A stretch of DNA of 64,000 bases from the NCBI GenBank assembly GCA_002633005.1, contig NMRA01000152.1, forward strand, positions 298,594 through 362,593, written 5' to 3'. This document shows, one piece after another, positions 1 to 11,952 of this stretch (within the stretch, counting starts at the first letter, position 1; every line of letters begins with the position of its first letter). The notes below the pieces were generated by a model that had not been told where the DNA came from, made no database searches, and was given only the letters and a program-made list of their open reading frames with translations. Position numbers and translations under genes: made by a program. The stretch comes from Phoronis australis (Eukaryota > Animalia > Phoronida).

Positions 1-321
1 CTTGAGAATTATATTCAGTTACCAGTGGTAACCTACTTTAGCAGACGATAATTTCCCGGTCGAAGCTTAGCGTGAAAAAAACGTGTTTTAAGCTGTAATA
101 GTTGGTAAACCTTAATTTATAAATTCAGTTTATTTCTATTATATTTAAGTTTTCAATTGGTTTTGAGTAAAAGCATTATTTGAAAAAAAAGCCCGACTTT
201 TCTTAAAAGGTCACGACCTCCGACCCCGGGCCTCTGACATAGAAAGTAGTTACAAAGCCGTGGAGAGTCAGAAAAGGTACATCGATTCATTGCCATGTTT
301 CTCGTTTAGTATGTGGTATAA

Positions 322-485
322 ATAGATTATTACATGTTCTCAGCCGTTATCCCCCTTATCTAGAGCCCTCGTGGATTTTGGAGAATTATCACCCTCGGGG
401 CTAACGCCCCTCGGGCGATAATTCTCCAAAATCCACTCGGGCTCTAGATAACGGGGGATAACGACTTCGCCATGTAATAATCTAT
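322..485. mobile_element. Fold-back (palindromic) MITE-like element
   Basis: Arms ATAGATTATTACATG...TTATCCCCC.TTATCTAGAGCCC...GTGGATTTTGGAGAATTATC and their reverse complement ending CATGTAATAATCTAT; nearly the whole 164 bp is one imperfect inverted repeat. Confidence 0.75.
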
Positions 486-1097
486 ATTTACTTGTTCTGA
501 AAAATAACATCCCCGAACCTACTCGCTAGCCAACAAAATCAGTACATCTAGGCGCATAATGTGTTCTCTGTTGAAATATATACTGCTTTAAAAACTCATT
601 TTTTAATAAGTATTCCAAAATCAGATTTCTTCTGTTGTATTAAAACAGAACCTGCAAAATCTGTACTTATGTTAAAGTTGATATTGGAAATTTTGTGGAT
701 TTGCACTGCTGGCTTACGAGCTCTTTGTTTTGTGACTCAAAACTTGCGCAAAAAAGTAAAGTGCATAGTAACCCAAATATCAAACCAGTACGACTGAATT
801 GCGCATCCAACCTATACCCAAAATACAGAATTTACCCAACCGAGCCGGTACAGCATTAAATGATGACCCCGCGAAAATGATCCTGGCTAGTTTTTTCACA
901 GGGTCTAAATTTAATGTGAAGAATTTTTAGCCAATGAAAAAATGACCGTCCGTGAAAACCCGTCCCGTTATTATTCAACGGTTTCAGGGGCGGATCCAGA
1001 ATATTAATTTAGTGGGAGGGGGCGAGGCAGAGGATCACATGCGCGCACCCAGCCTAAAATATAGGGGGGTCTCGAATTTCATGGTCATGTGGACCTT

Positions 1098-1100
<3 letters not shown>

Positions 1101-1145
<45 letters not shown>
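1101..1145. repeat. (GA)n microsatellite; on the minus strand it is the (TC)n 3' tail of the adjacent LINE
   Basis: Pure GA run; the minus strand reads ...GCAATAAACAACCTCTCTC..., i.e. AATAAA immediately followed by (TC)n, downstream of the LINE ORF2 C-terminus. Confidence 0.9.
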
Positions 1146-1147
<2 letters not shown>

Positions 1148-1845
1148 TGTTTATTGCACTTGGAGCTAAGCTCATTTGTACATATTACATTGCAACATTT
1201 GGTATAGGTGGCAATTTTCTGTCCGGGTATTCAATACATATATACATATTTACACGTTACAATGTTAGAGTTTCCTGTCTAATACCATAAGCCATTAATA
1301 TAAATAAGGATAGTCTTTTCAAAAGATTTCCAGAGTTTGTTTTGAATAAGTATTTGACGTTTTCGATGTCTGTATGCTGTCGGGATATTTCTGGTAAAAA
1401 ATTCTTTCTAATGTCGTTAAGTACGGGACAGTTGAGTAATAAGTGTATTTCGTCTTCAATTTCTGAACGTTTGCAAATTTCGCAAAGTCTATCTTCCTTT
1501 GGAATGTCATGGTGCCTACCAGTTTCTATTTATGATCGACATATGTCCCGGATAATAGATAAATGATACGTGCGTCGCAAGCTCGTTACCAGAGATGAAA
1601 GGAGACTGATGTAGGCGATATAAGGTCATTTATTTTGACTAGTACAATTACAGTAAAATGAATACAGGTAAATAAGTATAATAGGTAATCTCTGGTAAGA
1701 TGGGCAATAAAAAGCGCCGGCCACGTGGAAGTACGAGAGAATGACGAAAACTGGGAGGAAGAGGGTGGGAAAATTGAATGAGTTTTTGACGTACGACAAT
1801 GTGGCCGGAACAAAGTGAATTGAAAGCGAGGTTACAATAACAAAG

Positions 1846-2239
1846 NNNNNNNNNNNNNNNNNNNNNNNNNNNNNNNNNNNNNNNNNNNNNNNNNNNNNNN
1901 NNNNNNNNNNNNNNNNNNNNNNNNNNNNNNNNNNNNNNNNNNNNNNNNNNNNNNNNNNNNNNNNNNNNNNNNNNNNNNNNNNNNNNNNNNNNNNNNNNNN
2001 NNNNNNNNNNNNNNNNNNNNNNNNNNNNNNNNNNNNNNNNNNNNNNNNNNNNNNNNNNNNNNNNNNNNNNNNNNNNNNNNNNNNNNNNNNNNNNNNNNNN
2101 NNNNNNNNNNNNNNNNNNNNNNNNNNNNNNNNNNNNNNNNNNNNNNNNNNNNNNNNNNNNNNNNNNNNNNNNNNNNNNNNNNNNNNNNNNNNNNNNNNNN
2201 NNNNNNNNNNNNNNNNNNNNNNNNNNNNNNNNNNNNNNN
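1846..2239. other. Assembly gap (run of N)
   Basis: 394 consecutive N. Confidence 1.
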
Positions 2240-2789
2240 GTCTGCACAAGTATTTCACAGATAATAAATGCCTGCCGCATTCTCCTCTGGCCATAACGTT
2301 ACTTGTTTTCTTTGGGACACCAGCAACCCATTTACAGAAATCATTGTGAACACTTTCTATGTCTTTCGAATATACTGTACCCCATATCTCAGCACCATAT
2401 AACAATATAGGTACTACCATACTATCAAACAATTTAAAACATACATGTGGGGATCTACAATTCACTTTGGTTAAACATGCTTTTAACATGTTCATTGCTT
2501 TTCTAGCTTGTAAAGCTGATATTCTACAATTTTCATTCCATTTTAATCTGCAAGAAAATGTCACACCAAGATACTTGTAATAAGATTTCGTTTCTAGCGA
2601 TTTCTTATTGTAGAACCACCGTTCTTGTGCCGACAGAGTCCCACCTCGCTTGAAGACTACAATATTTGTCTTATCAAGATTAACCTTTTACTGGAACAAG
2701 AAGTCTAGTACTAAAAATAGGGTACTAGTTTAAAATCCCCGAATGTCTTCGTTCAAACGTCAAGCAATGTTACATTGGTCAAACGGTTT

Positions 2790-3310
2790 GCAGTCTTTCC
2801 CGTCGGCTATCCATGCATCTTCAAAATGGCGCCATCCAAGATCATTTTCTGCAATGTCACGAACGTAAAATCACTCGTCAAGAAATCGTGGAAAACACGT
2901 CAATTCGGTACGCAGAGAAAGATGTGCTGCGATTGAAAGTATTAGAGTCCGTTTTAACTGCATTTGAAAAGCCTGTTTTGAATGAGCAGCAAACAGGGTC
3001 GCGCCCCACGTTACACTTGTTTGTGTGACTTTCCTGTTACCCCCCTTCATTAGTCATTCTTTGCAGTATTTCACACCCGCCGTGTCCCACTGTTTGTGCC
3101 AAAAGCTTATGCCCTGTGGTGGCATTACTGCGTCCGTCATTTTATCTTCACTTGAGAATGAAACAAGCATGTTTCGAAATATCGTGTGTCTTTTAATTAT
3201 GTCGCTAGGTCAGTTACTTTATCTATGTTCAGTTGAGAGTAGAGTTTTGTTCCGCAGGTATGAACGTAACGGAATAAAGACTGTGTCGTGCGTTTCTGTA
3301 TAACCGAAAA
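2790..3310 (+). mobile_element. Penelope-like element 3' fragment, family A (end of GIY-YIG endonuclease plus pLTR/3' region)
   Basis: HLQNGAIQDHFLQCH...ENTSIRYAEKDVLRLKVLESVLTAFEKPVLNEQ resembles the PLE GIY-YIG C-terminus (H...H...LE...P.LN); followed by a hammerhead-like motif; related copies at ~28905-29385 and ~31160-31635. Confidence 0.7.
3149..3186 (+). ncRNA. Minimal hammerhead-ribozyme-like motif (variant core) in the Penelope-like element
   Basis: CAC-TTGAGAA-T-GAAAC-aagcat-GTTTC-GAAA-TATC-GTG: stem I CAC/GTG, perfect stem II GAAAC/GTTTC, GAAA, candidate AUC cleavage triplet; core is UUGAGAA rather than canonical CUGAnGA. Confidence 0.55.
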
Positions 3311-5625
3311 CTTACTCCCAAAGTACAGCCAAAGAAAATCTTAGAAAACAATTTTGAAAATATTTTGTATTTGAAATGGAAGTATTGAAAATAATATGAG
3401 TTCGTGAAAATATCAGATATAAAACAATTAAAAAATATTGAATGTAGAAAGTTTTAAAACCAAAATAAAATCACTGTCAAATACAAAGTATTTTGCTTTT
3501 TGTCTCCATTTCAAATGATTTTAAAATGGCTGCTACAGTTGATAGTGAGCGAATGGGGGCGCTGCCCTCAATTTTCGTGAGTGCCGGGAAGCACTCACTC
3601 CCTACCACATGCATTTTGTTCCAGGCTTGTGGCTGAAAATGTGTTTAAACAGCAAATCAAAAGAGTTTTGAACTTCCGACAGGCCTTACGAGTCTCATTC
3701 CCTCCTTGGTCAGCACAGTTGTGATTACTCAATGCTAAAACCAGACACGACAATGGACTGACAGGCGGTTTATGATATTGCTATTTTGCACAACGATGTA
3801 AAAACTATTGGGATTACGAAACGATGGCTATGACATTAGCACTACCAGACCATACTAAAACATGGTATTCAATCCAATTCAAAGAACAGCTGACAGCTTC
3901 AAGTTAACCCTTGGACAGACTCGACTGCATTACAGTTTCATATTGCGCGCACATCCACACGCAATGCAATTTGGGATCATCCGTCATAAAAATCAATTTG
4001 TCAGTATTCAATCATACTAACAGTGACAAGCTCCGTAATATAATTGCCTCTGAAATGTGGTGTGCTACTATTTCTGCAGTTGAATGCTACACAACTACAG
4101 GCAGGTCGAGGCACTTTCATTCCTTACCAATATGGCGGACCACTCATTTCGTCATAAACCGCGAAACTTCAACTCTCCTTAATTTATGCCATTGAAAAGC
4201 CATGTTGCTTCAGTTTCTGCCTTTCGACACCGCTCCTGGTTATGATTTCATGATTTTCTGGAACCGTCATCTGTGAATATTTTTGCGTTTCATCGTCCAA
4301 CGTAATTGAACTCTAATGCGTATAACTGTCTCTTCAAGGTCTAATTAAAGCCGGAAGAAAATTGAAATTGCGAAAATGAAGAAGAGCCTTCTGAAATCAA
4401 AACTCAAGTAAGTTCAAACCACACAACCGGATGTTGTCCAAACAACCATTTTTGTACCAAACGTACTGCGAGAGTCTTACTCCAAGAAACGAAACGAAAC
4501 AAAATCAGGATTTAAAACTGCATTTTACTGAAGGAGCAAACTAAATCGGCAGAACTTAGAGCCGATGGTTAAAACACGTTGAGAGGGCGCTGTCTTGTAA
4601 CTAACATCCCTAGAACACTAAAATTGCGATTCAAATCTACGCGAGGTGGCGCTTCAAATATGTATTTTTAGATGTCTATGGTATTTCGCCAAGGCAGCAC
4701 AGACAGTAGGATAATGCCAACGGTAAAATATCAGCAGAACGCCGTCTTTATAACTGACTGACACAGTTTCAGAGAGGCAACATCCGGTTGCGTAATCTGT
4801 TAGCTGTCAACCGGTGGGAAAAGGAGGCACTGAACAGTTTTCACAGGGGTTTGCCTATTAGAACACACTTCAATGGACTCTTCACCCTTTCTTCACTCTG
4901 TCAAAAACTGCATGCAAATGAAGAAAAGTTTTGAGTCATTTCGCATCACAAGCGTTACAGATGAGCACAGAAACTTCATTTTCTCTTGTATTTTTGACCC
5001 TTTCACTCCCAGTGGACAACAAGCTAGACTAAGAAAAATAAGGGCAAAAATGCAAAATCGGCACTTTTCACACCAAAACCATCACTTCCCTGCCGACGCT
5101 CGACTAAAGCCAACATTAGATTCCGAAAGCAAATTTCCTACCGATTCCGAATACATGTATGTGGTCTAAAAGTACTGTCAACCAACTAGTTTTTTGCAAA
5201 TCTGTCTTGTTTGAGGGCTACCTGAAATCGCGGCCAATTTCTCAGTTGCTACACAGCAATGCGCAATTGCAGCCGGGAGCCACCATCTGGAAGAAGAGTA
5301 CAGCTACAGCTGAGAAAGTGGCATTTTTTCATTCTCAGCATGTTCACAAATACAAACAAACCACATTCACTTGGCCTACATACAACACCCAACTAGAAAA
5401 TGCCCCCAAGCCTGGCCTACCCCTAGATTTTAATATTTTGGCAGTGCAAATTGGCCGCGGCCGTAGTCTAACTGTTCAGTGCTACCTAATGACATTCATC
5501 AAACAGTACAGAAAGTGTAGTCTTCATTTTGAACGAGATTTGTTTTCAAAGAGATAACACAATGTAGCCTGCATATTAGGAGACAACTCCTATTTATAAG
5601 ACGAGGGTTATTATACAATCGGATT

Positions 5626-5888
5626 CATGCGCGCGGCCAGCCTAAAATGTAAGGGGGGGGGGGCTAGAATTTTTGACAACTGAATGTGGACCTTTTACTA
5701 ACAAAAATCGGGGAACTAAAAAATAAACGGGGTACCACGTTCAGAGATATGAATTGTGCATTCGCCCCTTTTTAGTGGATTTTTGTCTCGTTTTCTCGGA
5801 CTTTTTGTTTCTCTGAGGCAGACCTTTTTGCCCACTTCACCAAATGGGGACTCGTTCGAGTCTCCGAGCCCCCCTGGGTGCGCGCATA
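5626..5888. mobile_element. Non-autonomous TIR element with 5-bp target-site duplication GGATT
   Basis: Ends CATGCGCGCGGCCAG...CTGGGTGCGCGCATA; GGATT at 5621-5625 and 5889-5893; a truncated relative lies at ~1037-1100. Confidence 0.65.
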
Positions 5889-6314
5889 GGATTACTGACC
5901 TTTGTTAAGATTAACTTGTTACTTTCCAGACCACAAAAATGTGGAAATGATCGAGGCTGTCATATCGTCGTAGCTTTTACAAAAAAGTGCCAAGATCGAC
6001 ACAGTGTGGAATTACAACTGTATCCAAAAGTTCCATGACTCGGCTCTGTAATAGGAGCAGACAAACCATCTTGTTGTTGATAGTTGACTGATCTTAAATT
6101 TTAAGAGGTTAACTGGACGTTTAAAAAGTGAGTCTTGGGATGTTGAGTGCTGATGATGTGAGTGGGTGACCGGAATGAGCAAATGATTCGGAAACTTGAG
6201 AATATTCTAGAATCTACTTTTCAAATATGACAAATTGTCCGAATCGTACAGTAAAGTTAAACTTAAATGAAATGGTTGAATTACAACAGTCTACAATTTT
6301 TCTATTTTTTACAG

Positions 6315-6578
6315 AATTCTGTTCGTGTGTCTAATGGTATGCGGGCTGGCGTACTATTACTTGCCGCAGCTGGGGGTGTTCCTATCCAGTCTTTTTCCCA
6401 AAGATGTAGCTGGAAAGAAAACGAACAAGTCCTTTCTGTATTATATTCAGACAGCATCCTGTTTGATTGAGTACTGGCTTCAGCCAGACTTACTTGGAAA
6501 TGGCTCTTTGTGCGACTGTGATGTTTTGGTACTCAGCTATAAGACGGAATGCTCACAAAATAATCTCACACATATCAG
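6315..6578 (+). CDS. Coding exon of a putative type II membrane glycosyltransferase-like protein (signal anchor and stem)
   Basis: ttttacAG acceptor before 6315, AG|GTGAGT donor after 6578; translates ILFVCLMVCGLAYYYLPQLGVFL...FLYYIQTASCL...CDCDVLVLSYKTEC; splices in frame to 8298. Start codon (upstream exon or ATG near 6334) not resolved. Confidence 0.75.
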
Positions 6579-7215
6579 GTGAGTTGGGCAAAATCAGGGC
6601 ACTCGACTAAAGCGCATTTACGCGAGGGGCAGTTGACAAAAAAACAGCTGACGCGAGAACAGCTGATTGGGCACAAGTATTTGTGTAAGGTCCACTGATA
6701 CGGAGCAAGGTGACACCATTTTTGACACCGTTTTGAGAGCTAGATAGAGCAAGCTGCATTTCATCATTTGATCCAGTGTCAGCTACACCTCTAAACACAG
6801 ACGGTATCATCTGTGATACGCTTGCTGAGTTTGCGATTTAATGTCGTCTTATTGCAACTAAATGGGGAAGCAATTGTCGCGCCGTGACTGTTACTGGAGC
6901 CGTGACAATATTGTTCCTCGTGTAATGGCAGAGAGTTCAGTTCAAGTGGCTGATTTTGACGTTATAACTGGACTGGGTTCGATAAAACTAGTCCTAATTT
7001 ATGTCAGTTCTCTCAAGACACGTGAAAGAAGGCATCACTTACAGAAAGCACACTCGGTGGGGTTTCTCAAAGATGAAGATATTCAACAAAATGATGTCGT
7101 TTTGCCTTGCTACAACCGGAAGAAATCGAGATGCCAACAATTAACCAAAAATACGATTTTTGCCTTTTGGTACGCCAAGGTGCAAATTCACGACTGCCCC
7201 GGTACAAGAGAGGAG

Positions 7216-7285
7216 ACATGTTATGCCAGTATATATTTCAACCTAAATTACAATTTAGTTTGAAATATATACTGGCATAACATGT
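7216..7285. repeat. 70-bp near-perfect hairpin in an intron
   Basis: ACATGTTATGCCAGTATATATTTCAACCTAAATT-ac-AATTTAGTTTGAAATATATACTGGCATAACATGT; 34-bp arms with one mismatch. Confidence 0.9.
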
Positions 7286-8297
7286 AAACCATTTGGTTTG
7301 GACAGTTATGTGGTGCCTTAATTGACACACAACGTGATGAGGTTGTTGATATTCGATGTGTACTTGTAACACGGTATAACCAGATACATGTAAGACATCA
7401 GCAGTCAAATTCGTTTCGTTTCCGAAACACATGAGAAATGTCTTCGCTCGATTGGTACGCTGCCTGTGTAGCAATAATTTTGTTACCATGAAAATAGTCC
7501 CTCAGAGGAACTTATCGACGTTACAAAGTGGTAAGGATCGCTTATTCATGGAGTCAGATACCTGAAAATCTGTGTAAAGGGTGTCGCTCTTCAAAGGTTT
7601 CGTACGACCTACTGAAGCATCGCTGGAAGGGGTCACGGTCAAGGGCCCGGTAGCACGTACTCTGGAAGCCACTACTAAGGAGGTGTAAAATGCGGGGTAA
7701 CAAAAATTGGTCGCGACGGAAAACCGCCCGGGAGGGGGTGGAGTGCAGTTGTCAAACATTGGAGAGGACCCGCGAGGGAGCGGAGAATGAATCAAAGGAC
7801 GGTTACACGATCCGCCTCCTGCCCCCTCTTGATACGGCACTGGGTACAACTGATTTTAACATTAGAAATGAACTAAGTTTACATCTACTATGCATTCCAC
7901 CTGTCTTCCACTCGTCGTCTTCACATCACAAACCCCTGTTCCTCTCGCGTCTAAACTCGGAAACTTGACCAATTGTCCTCTGGTCAATTCTGTAGATGTA
8001 CATGTACTGCAAATGCGGAATTAAAATAGTACGGATACAGTTTCGAGTTCGATTTCCAGTAAAAATAAAGATTAGATCGACGCCGGGCCCTGGTCTTAGT
8101 AGAGCTGGCTGTGAGTAGAGACTGTCCAATCTATATTCTAATATGCTTTAAAAGCAGCGTGCAAAGTGTTTAGGCGGTTTACTATTAACAAAGCTAAAAC
8201 TTCTCATACCCATTTCACAGGTTAGTAAAGAGGTTATTATCGGAGCTCTGCGATAATTATTTTTAATTCTTCAAACAATTTGTTTATTCGATTTCAG

Positions 8298-9081
8298 GTA
8301 TATATTCTCTAGCAGAACGACTTGGACTACGGGTCGAAACCTGTTGTACAGGAGAGCAAAAATGGTGATGGGCAATTATAACCAGTATACGTACCACACC
8401 TTCATGGACGAAGATATGCTTTGGAATTGGTCTGTATGGCCACACTTTCATGATAATATCAGTCGATCAAACTCATCTCCAATGCGGGCGTACGAACAAT
8501 TTTTGTTACGACATCTACCAGTTTATGGCAGCCCGTTTTACGTTCAAACCGAGGGATCTTGTAAAAGCAGCATGAAATACGACATGGAACAATTGATGAG
8601 AAAGTATGCTTGTGGATCGGCATGCGCACAGCTTAACCGAACGTCCCCTGCTAGTTGTCTTACAATTGCACCTGACGCTTCCGTCGCCACTTTTCACAAG
8701 CATGCCATCGGCAACCTCTTGCCATACAATGAGCAATACGAAGCCAAGTCTTGGTGGGTGTCTCAACAGATTATGTATGTTCGATTGTACGTGAGGTTCC
8801 ACAAACAAAGTTTGACGTTCCTTCCAGTAACAGTGTGCAATCCGTCCCACACAACCAACTACCCTCGCGGGTTGATCTCGTACCACGAAATCGTAAATGC
8901 AGAAAAAGTTTTGTCGCCTCTTTCGAAACGAAACTTGTCCATTTGGTTCGAAGCGCACAAGATATTTGACAAAGGAAGGTCACTACCCACCTGCCATCAT
9001 ATGCTAGACCCGAACATAATAAGGATACAGAACTCACATATGGAGATGTATATCATGGATAACGTTAACGCCAAGCATTAA
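8298..9081 (+). CDS. Terminal coding exon of the putative GT-A-like (DxD) glycosyltransferase-like protein
   Basis: atttcAG acceptor before 8298; RYIFSSRTTWTTGRNLLY...YTYHTFMDED...LLPY...SWWVSQ...V.NPSH..YPRG; open for ~260 codons to TAA at 9079-9081. Glycosyltransferase function is inferred from the RN...F.DED pattern only. Confidence 0.8.
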
Positions 9082-11339
9082 TTCGGCACACTTGTTATGC
9101 TATGCCTGCTGTGTATCCGTCTTGGTGCGCTCAGTAAGGTTACGGACTTTCCTGAAGCAAGGCACAAAAATAGTCATTGATCTTGCTCGGCCAGCCACGT
9201 CCACACAAACCTCGACCATTTCGGAAATCTGCAGCTAAACAAAATTGTAAATATCCCCGTCATAGCTTTTTCTACATTTTTTCACCTCTGTATGATTACA
9301 CGCATCACATCCGCTGCAAAATTCATCATTGACCATGGGTCTTGAAGCTCTTTTTTCGTTATAGGTTCTGAGAGACATGGATATGATAGTTGCATGCATT
9401 ATTACCTGTACAGTGTTATCTGTTGTGTTCTCCTACGTATAGATGACTCTGCCACCTGTGTTCTTCGGTGAAAGGATCGCACTTAAAATAAATAGCGTAG
9501 GCATGGTTTTGTAAAACACGTGTTGGAACACTCACTTTAGATGGCCCAAAATACAATCACGGCTTTTTATAAAATAAATACAACAAAAGAACTTGGATAC
9601 TTCATAACGAGAATTTTCGAGTTGTCTCATACAGCATGTGGTTGAATCTCCAAAACAGGTTGAGCTGAAAATAGAATCTAGCAATACTGCTAGTGGCTCG
9701 TACTGAAATTAGTCCATTAACAACGGTCATTTCATATTTTAATGCAAGAACACGGATCAAATTTCTTCCACTGCCCCTACTGCTAGCGACAAGGGTAAAG
9801 CCGCGTCTTCTTGCCTAGTAACTTCCAACATTCTCCGATTAAAGCAAAAAAAAAATGCTCCAACCTATACAGGAAACCGTCATCGAACTGTTGCATTTCT
9901 TGAAGACATCTTCTTAAACGTTGATATTTCGAGAAAAAAAAACAGTCTTGTCGTCGACATGTCCAGCTTGTGGTTATAGCCAAGGAGCACATGTCCTTGC
10001 TCATGCACATGCGCACGCCGTGCGATATTACTTGTTGGGTTATCAGGCCGCCATGATTGAAGAAACAGAATAGATGGAAATAAAATTGAATTCATGAAAC
10101 GGGATTGAATTCGATAGGATATACGAAACAGAATCGATTAGACAACGTTGAATTTACAGAACAGGATAGAATGTACAAAACAGTATTGAGTTCACGAAAT
10201 GGAATCGATGAGTGTGAATTGGTGCTCAAGGTAGGATTGATTTGCCGTACAATTGGCATTAAGTTTATTAAATGGAATTGAATATACAATTTGAAGTTTT
10301 TTTGCATAAATAACCGTTTATAATATACGTCTTGTTTATGGTGCGTTTGAAACGTGTGGCTATCTGATGCTGTTTGTGCTGGTCTGTACAGCTGTACAGA
10401 CCTAGCAAAGCCGAAGGTGAGTCGATAAGTTGACGCAGCCGAACCCCGATTTGGGTCGAGGGGGTTGTGGGTCGAGGTGGTCGTGGGCCGAAGGGGTTTT
10501 AGAACTATCCTGCAACCAGCATGTAGATCGATAGGTTGTGCTATGACGAGTACGCCGTATTTCAAACCATAAAACGTCTTGTGCAACTGGTCTTTAACAT
10601 CGAACGCTAGTTTAAAAAATGACAACCTATTCGTTGGGCTAATTTTGTCGGTCCTTTTTATTCAGTGATATTTTGCCAGTTTCCTGCGTCTCTCAGTGAT
10701 CGATGTGCTGTTAACTGCGTCTGCCACTGGCTAAGTTTCGTACGCCGATGGTTACACAAATGATGAATTTTGTCGTGTCAAGGCGGCGACGTAGTTGTTG
10801 TGTTAGTTTTGTCTGTCGTTTTTTGTTTGGTATTTTGCCTGCACCTACATAGCTTAGACCTTCCTGACGGTATAGTTTGTTGTTGTTTGTGTCGAGTGTA
10901 GTGTATGATAAAACAACTCGGAATAATAAACTGATATTAACGATACTTGACTTAAGACAAATACAACACGACTTGATTAAGATGGCTGATCGGGATACTG
11001 CAGGTGCCATCTGCAACAGAAACTCAAACTAGTATACATCATCGATCAAGGATAAATTGACCAGTTGAGCTGCACTGCTGTGCTAGAATCTAAATGCAAC
11101 GCATACTATTCCTGTGGCAAGTGAAAAACGAGTGACTTCCGACACAATTTCAACTTAAAATTTGAATGCACCGATGTCGCATTACATACTCATAAAGTTA
11201 TATTTTCTTCGTCGAAATTACGGTGAAGCCAAAAAATAAATATGGTGCAAATAAAACACTAAATCAATTACAATCTCAAGGGAATAATTTTCTCCACAAT
11301 TCCCCCAATTTTCGAACGCGCGAAATAACGTCGGCTTAA

Positions 11340-11845
11340 TTTCAATTCTACCGTATTAGCAAATTCGTTGATGGATTACACCAACAAAGAACACGCCTCC
11401 GAGACGGTCCGTAGTGGGTTCCGTGACAGCTGACCGGTTTTCCCCTTCAGCTTCACTTGAATCGGATTCTTCTGGCTGTAACATATACGGCGCTATCCAT
11501 CCAAAAGCTGTTTCTACATTTTCTTTAACTTCCACGGCGCGGCACACTTCATTGAACTATTCCGTCTCTACAGCGTCTTCAAATTCGCTAATTACTGCCA
11601 CTGCCGCTTTTGCTGTCGTAGTTAGAACGTCCGTTGATCGAAAGATATTAGGAGAACCAGCATTTCATTGTCAGTTTAAATGACGCGCTTTCTAAGAAAA
11701 AAAAAACATTTGGCGCTCCTCAAAAATGAACGGGTTCACACCCAAACCGCACTATTAATCTAGTAAACGTTAAGTATTGCTTATACCACTCGCGCATGTC
11801 TTCGTATAGACAGCACTTTTTGCACCTGGATGACCATGTTTTCCT
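11340..11845 (-). mobile_element. Possible Kolobok-like transposon end with a decayed accessory-ORF fragment
   Basis: Minus strand begins TTAA|AGGAAAAC at 11849-11838; internal peptide IAPYMLQPEESDSSE...TDRLG followed by frameshifted WC.., resembling the PY.FEP-acidic-RLG..WC motif of P2X7-ballast-like proteins. Other terminus not found. Confidence 0.35.
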
Positions 11846-11952
11846 TTAAAACAAAGTCAGATCAACATTACTATTAATCAAAACTTTCAAATAGATGATT
11901 TTTAAATAGCCACGCCATATCGAAATTCACCAAACTGCTAGACGGCGATCAG

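Larger units (their letters stand above)
1101..2690 (-). mobile_element. 5'-truncated, degenerate non-LTR retrotransposon (RTE-X-like LINE), ORF2 3' part
   Basis: ORF 2564-> gives FKLFDSMVVPILLYGAEIWG..IESVHNDFCKWVAGVPKKTSNVMARGECGR (post-RT region); an alternative frame at ~1530-1300 gives ETGRHHDIPKEDRLCEICKRSEIEDEIHLLLNCP (C-terminal Cys/His motif); interrupted by the N-gap. Confidence 0.8.

Noticed and set aside
952-1290. ORF with an ERERER tract
   Set aside because: Translation of the GA microsatellite and flanking repeats.
1626-2564. 312-aa and 210-aa ORFs in the track
   Set aside because: Artefacts of reading through the N-gap; only the LINE-like part is meaningful.
10092-10625. 177-aa minus-strand ORF
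   Set aside because: No recognisable motif, non-ATG start and AT-rich tail; possibly decayed TE sequence, not supportable as a gene.
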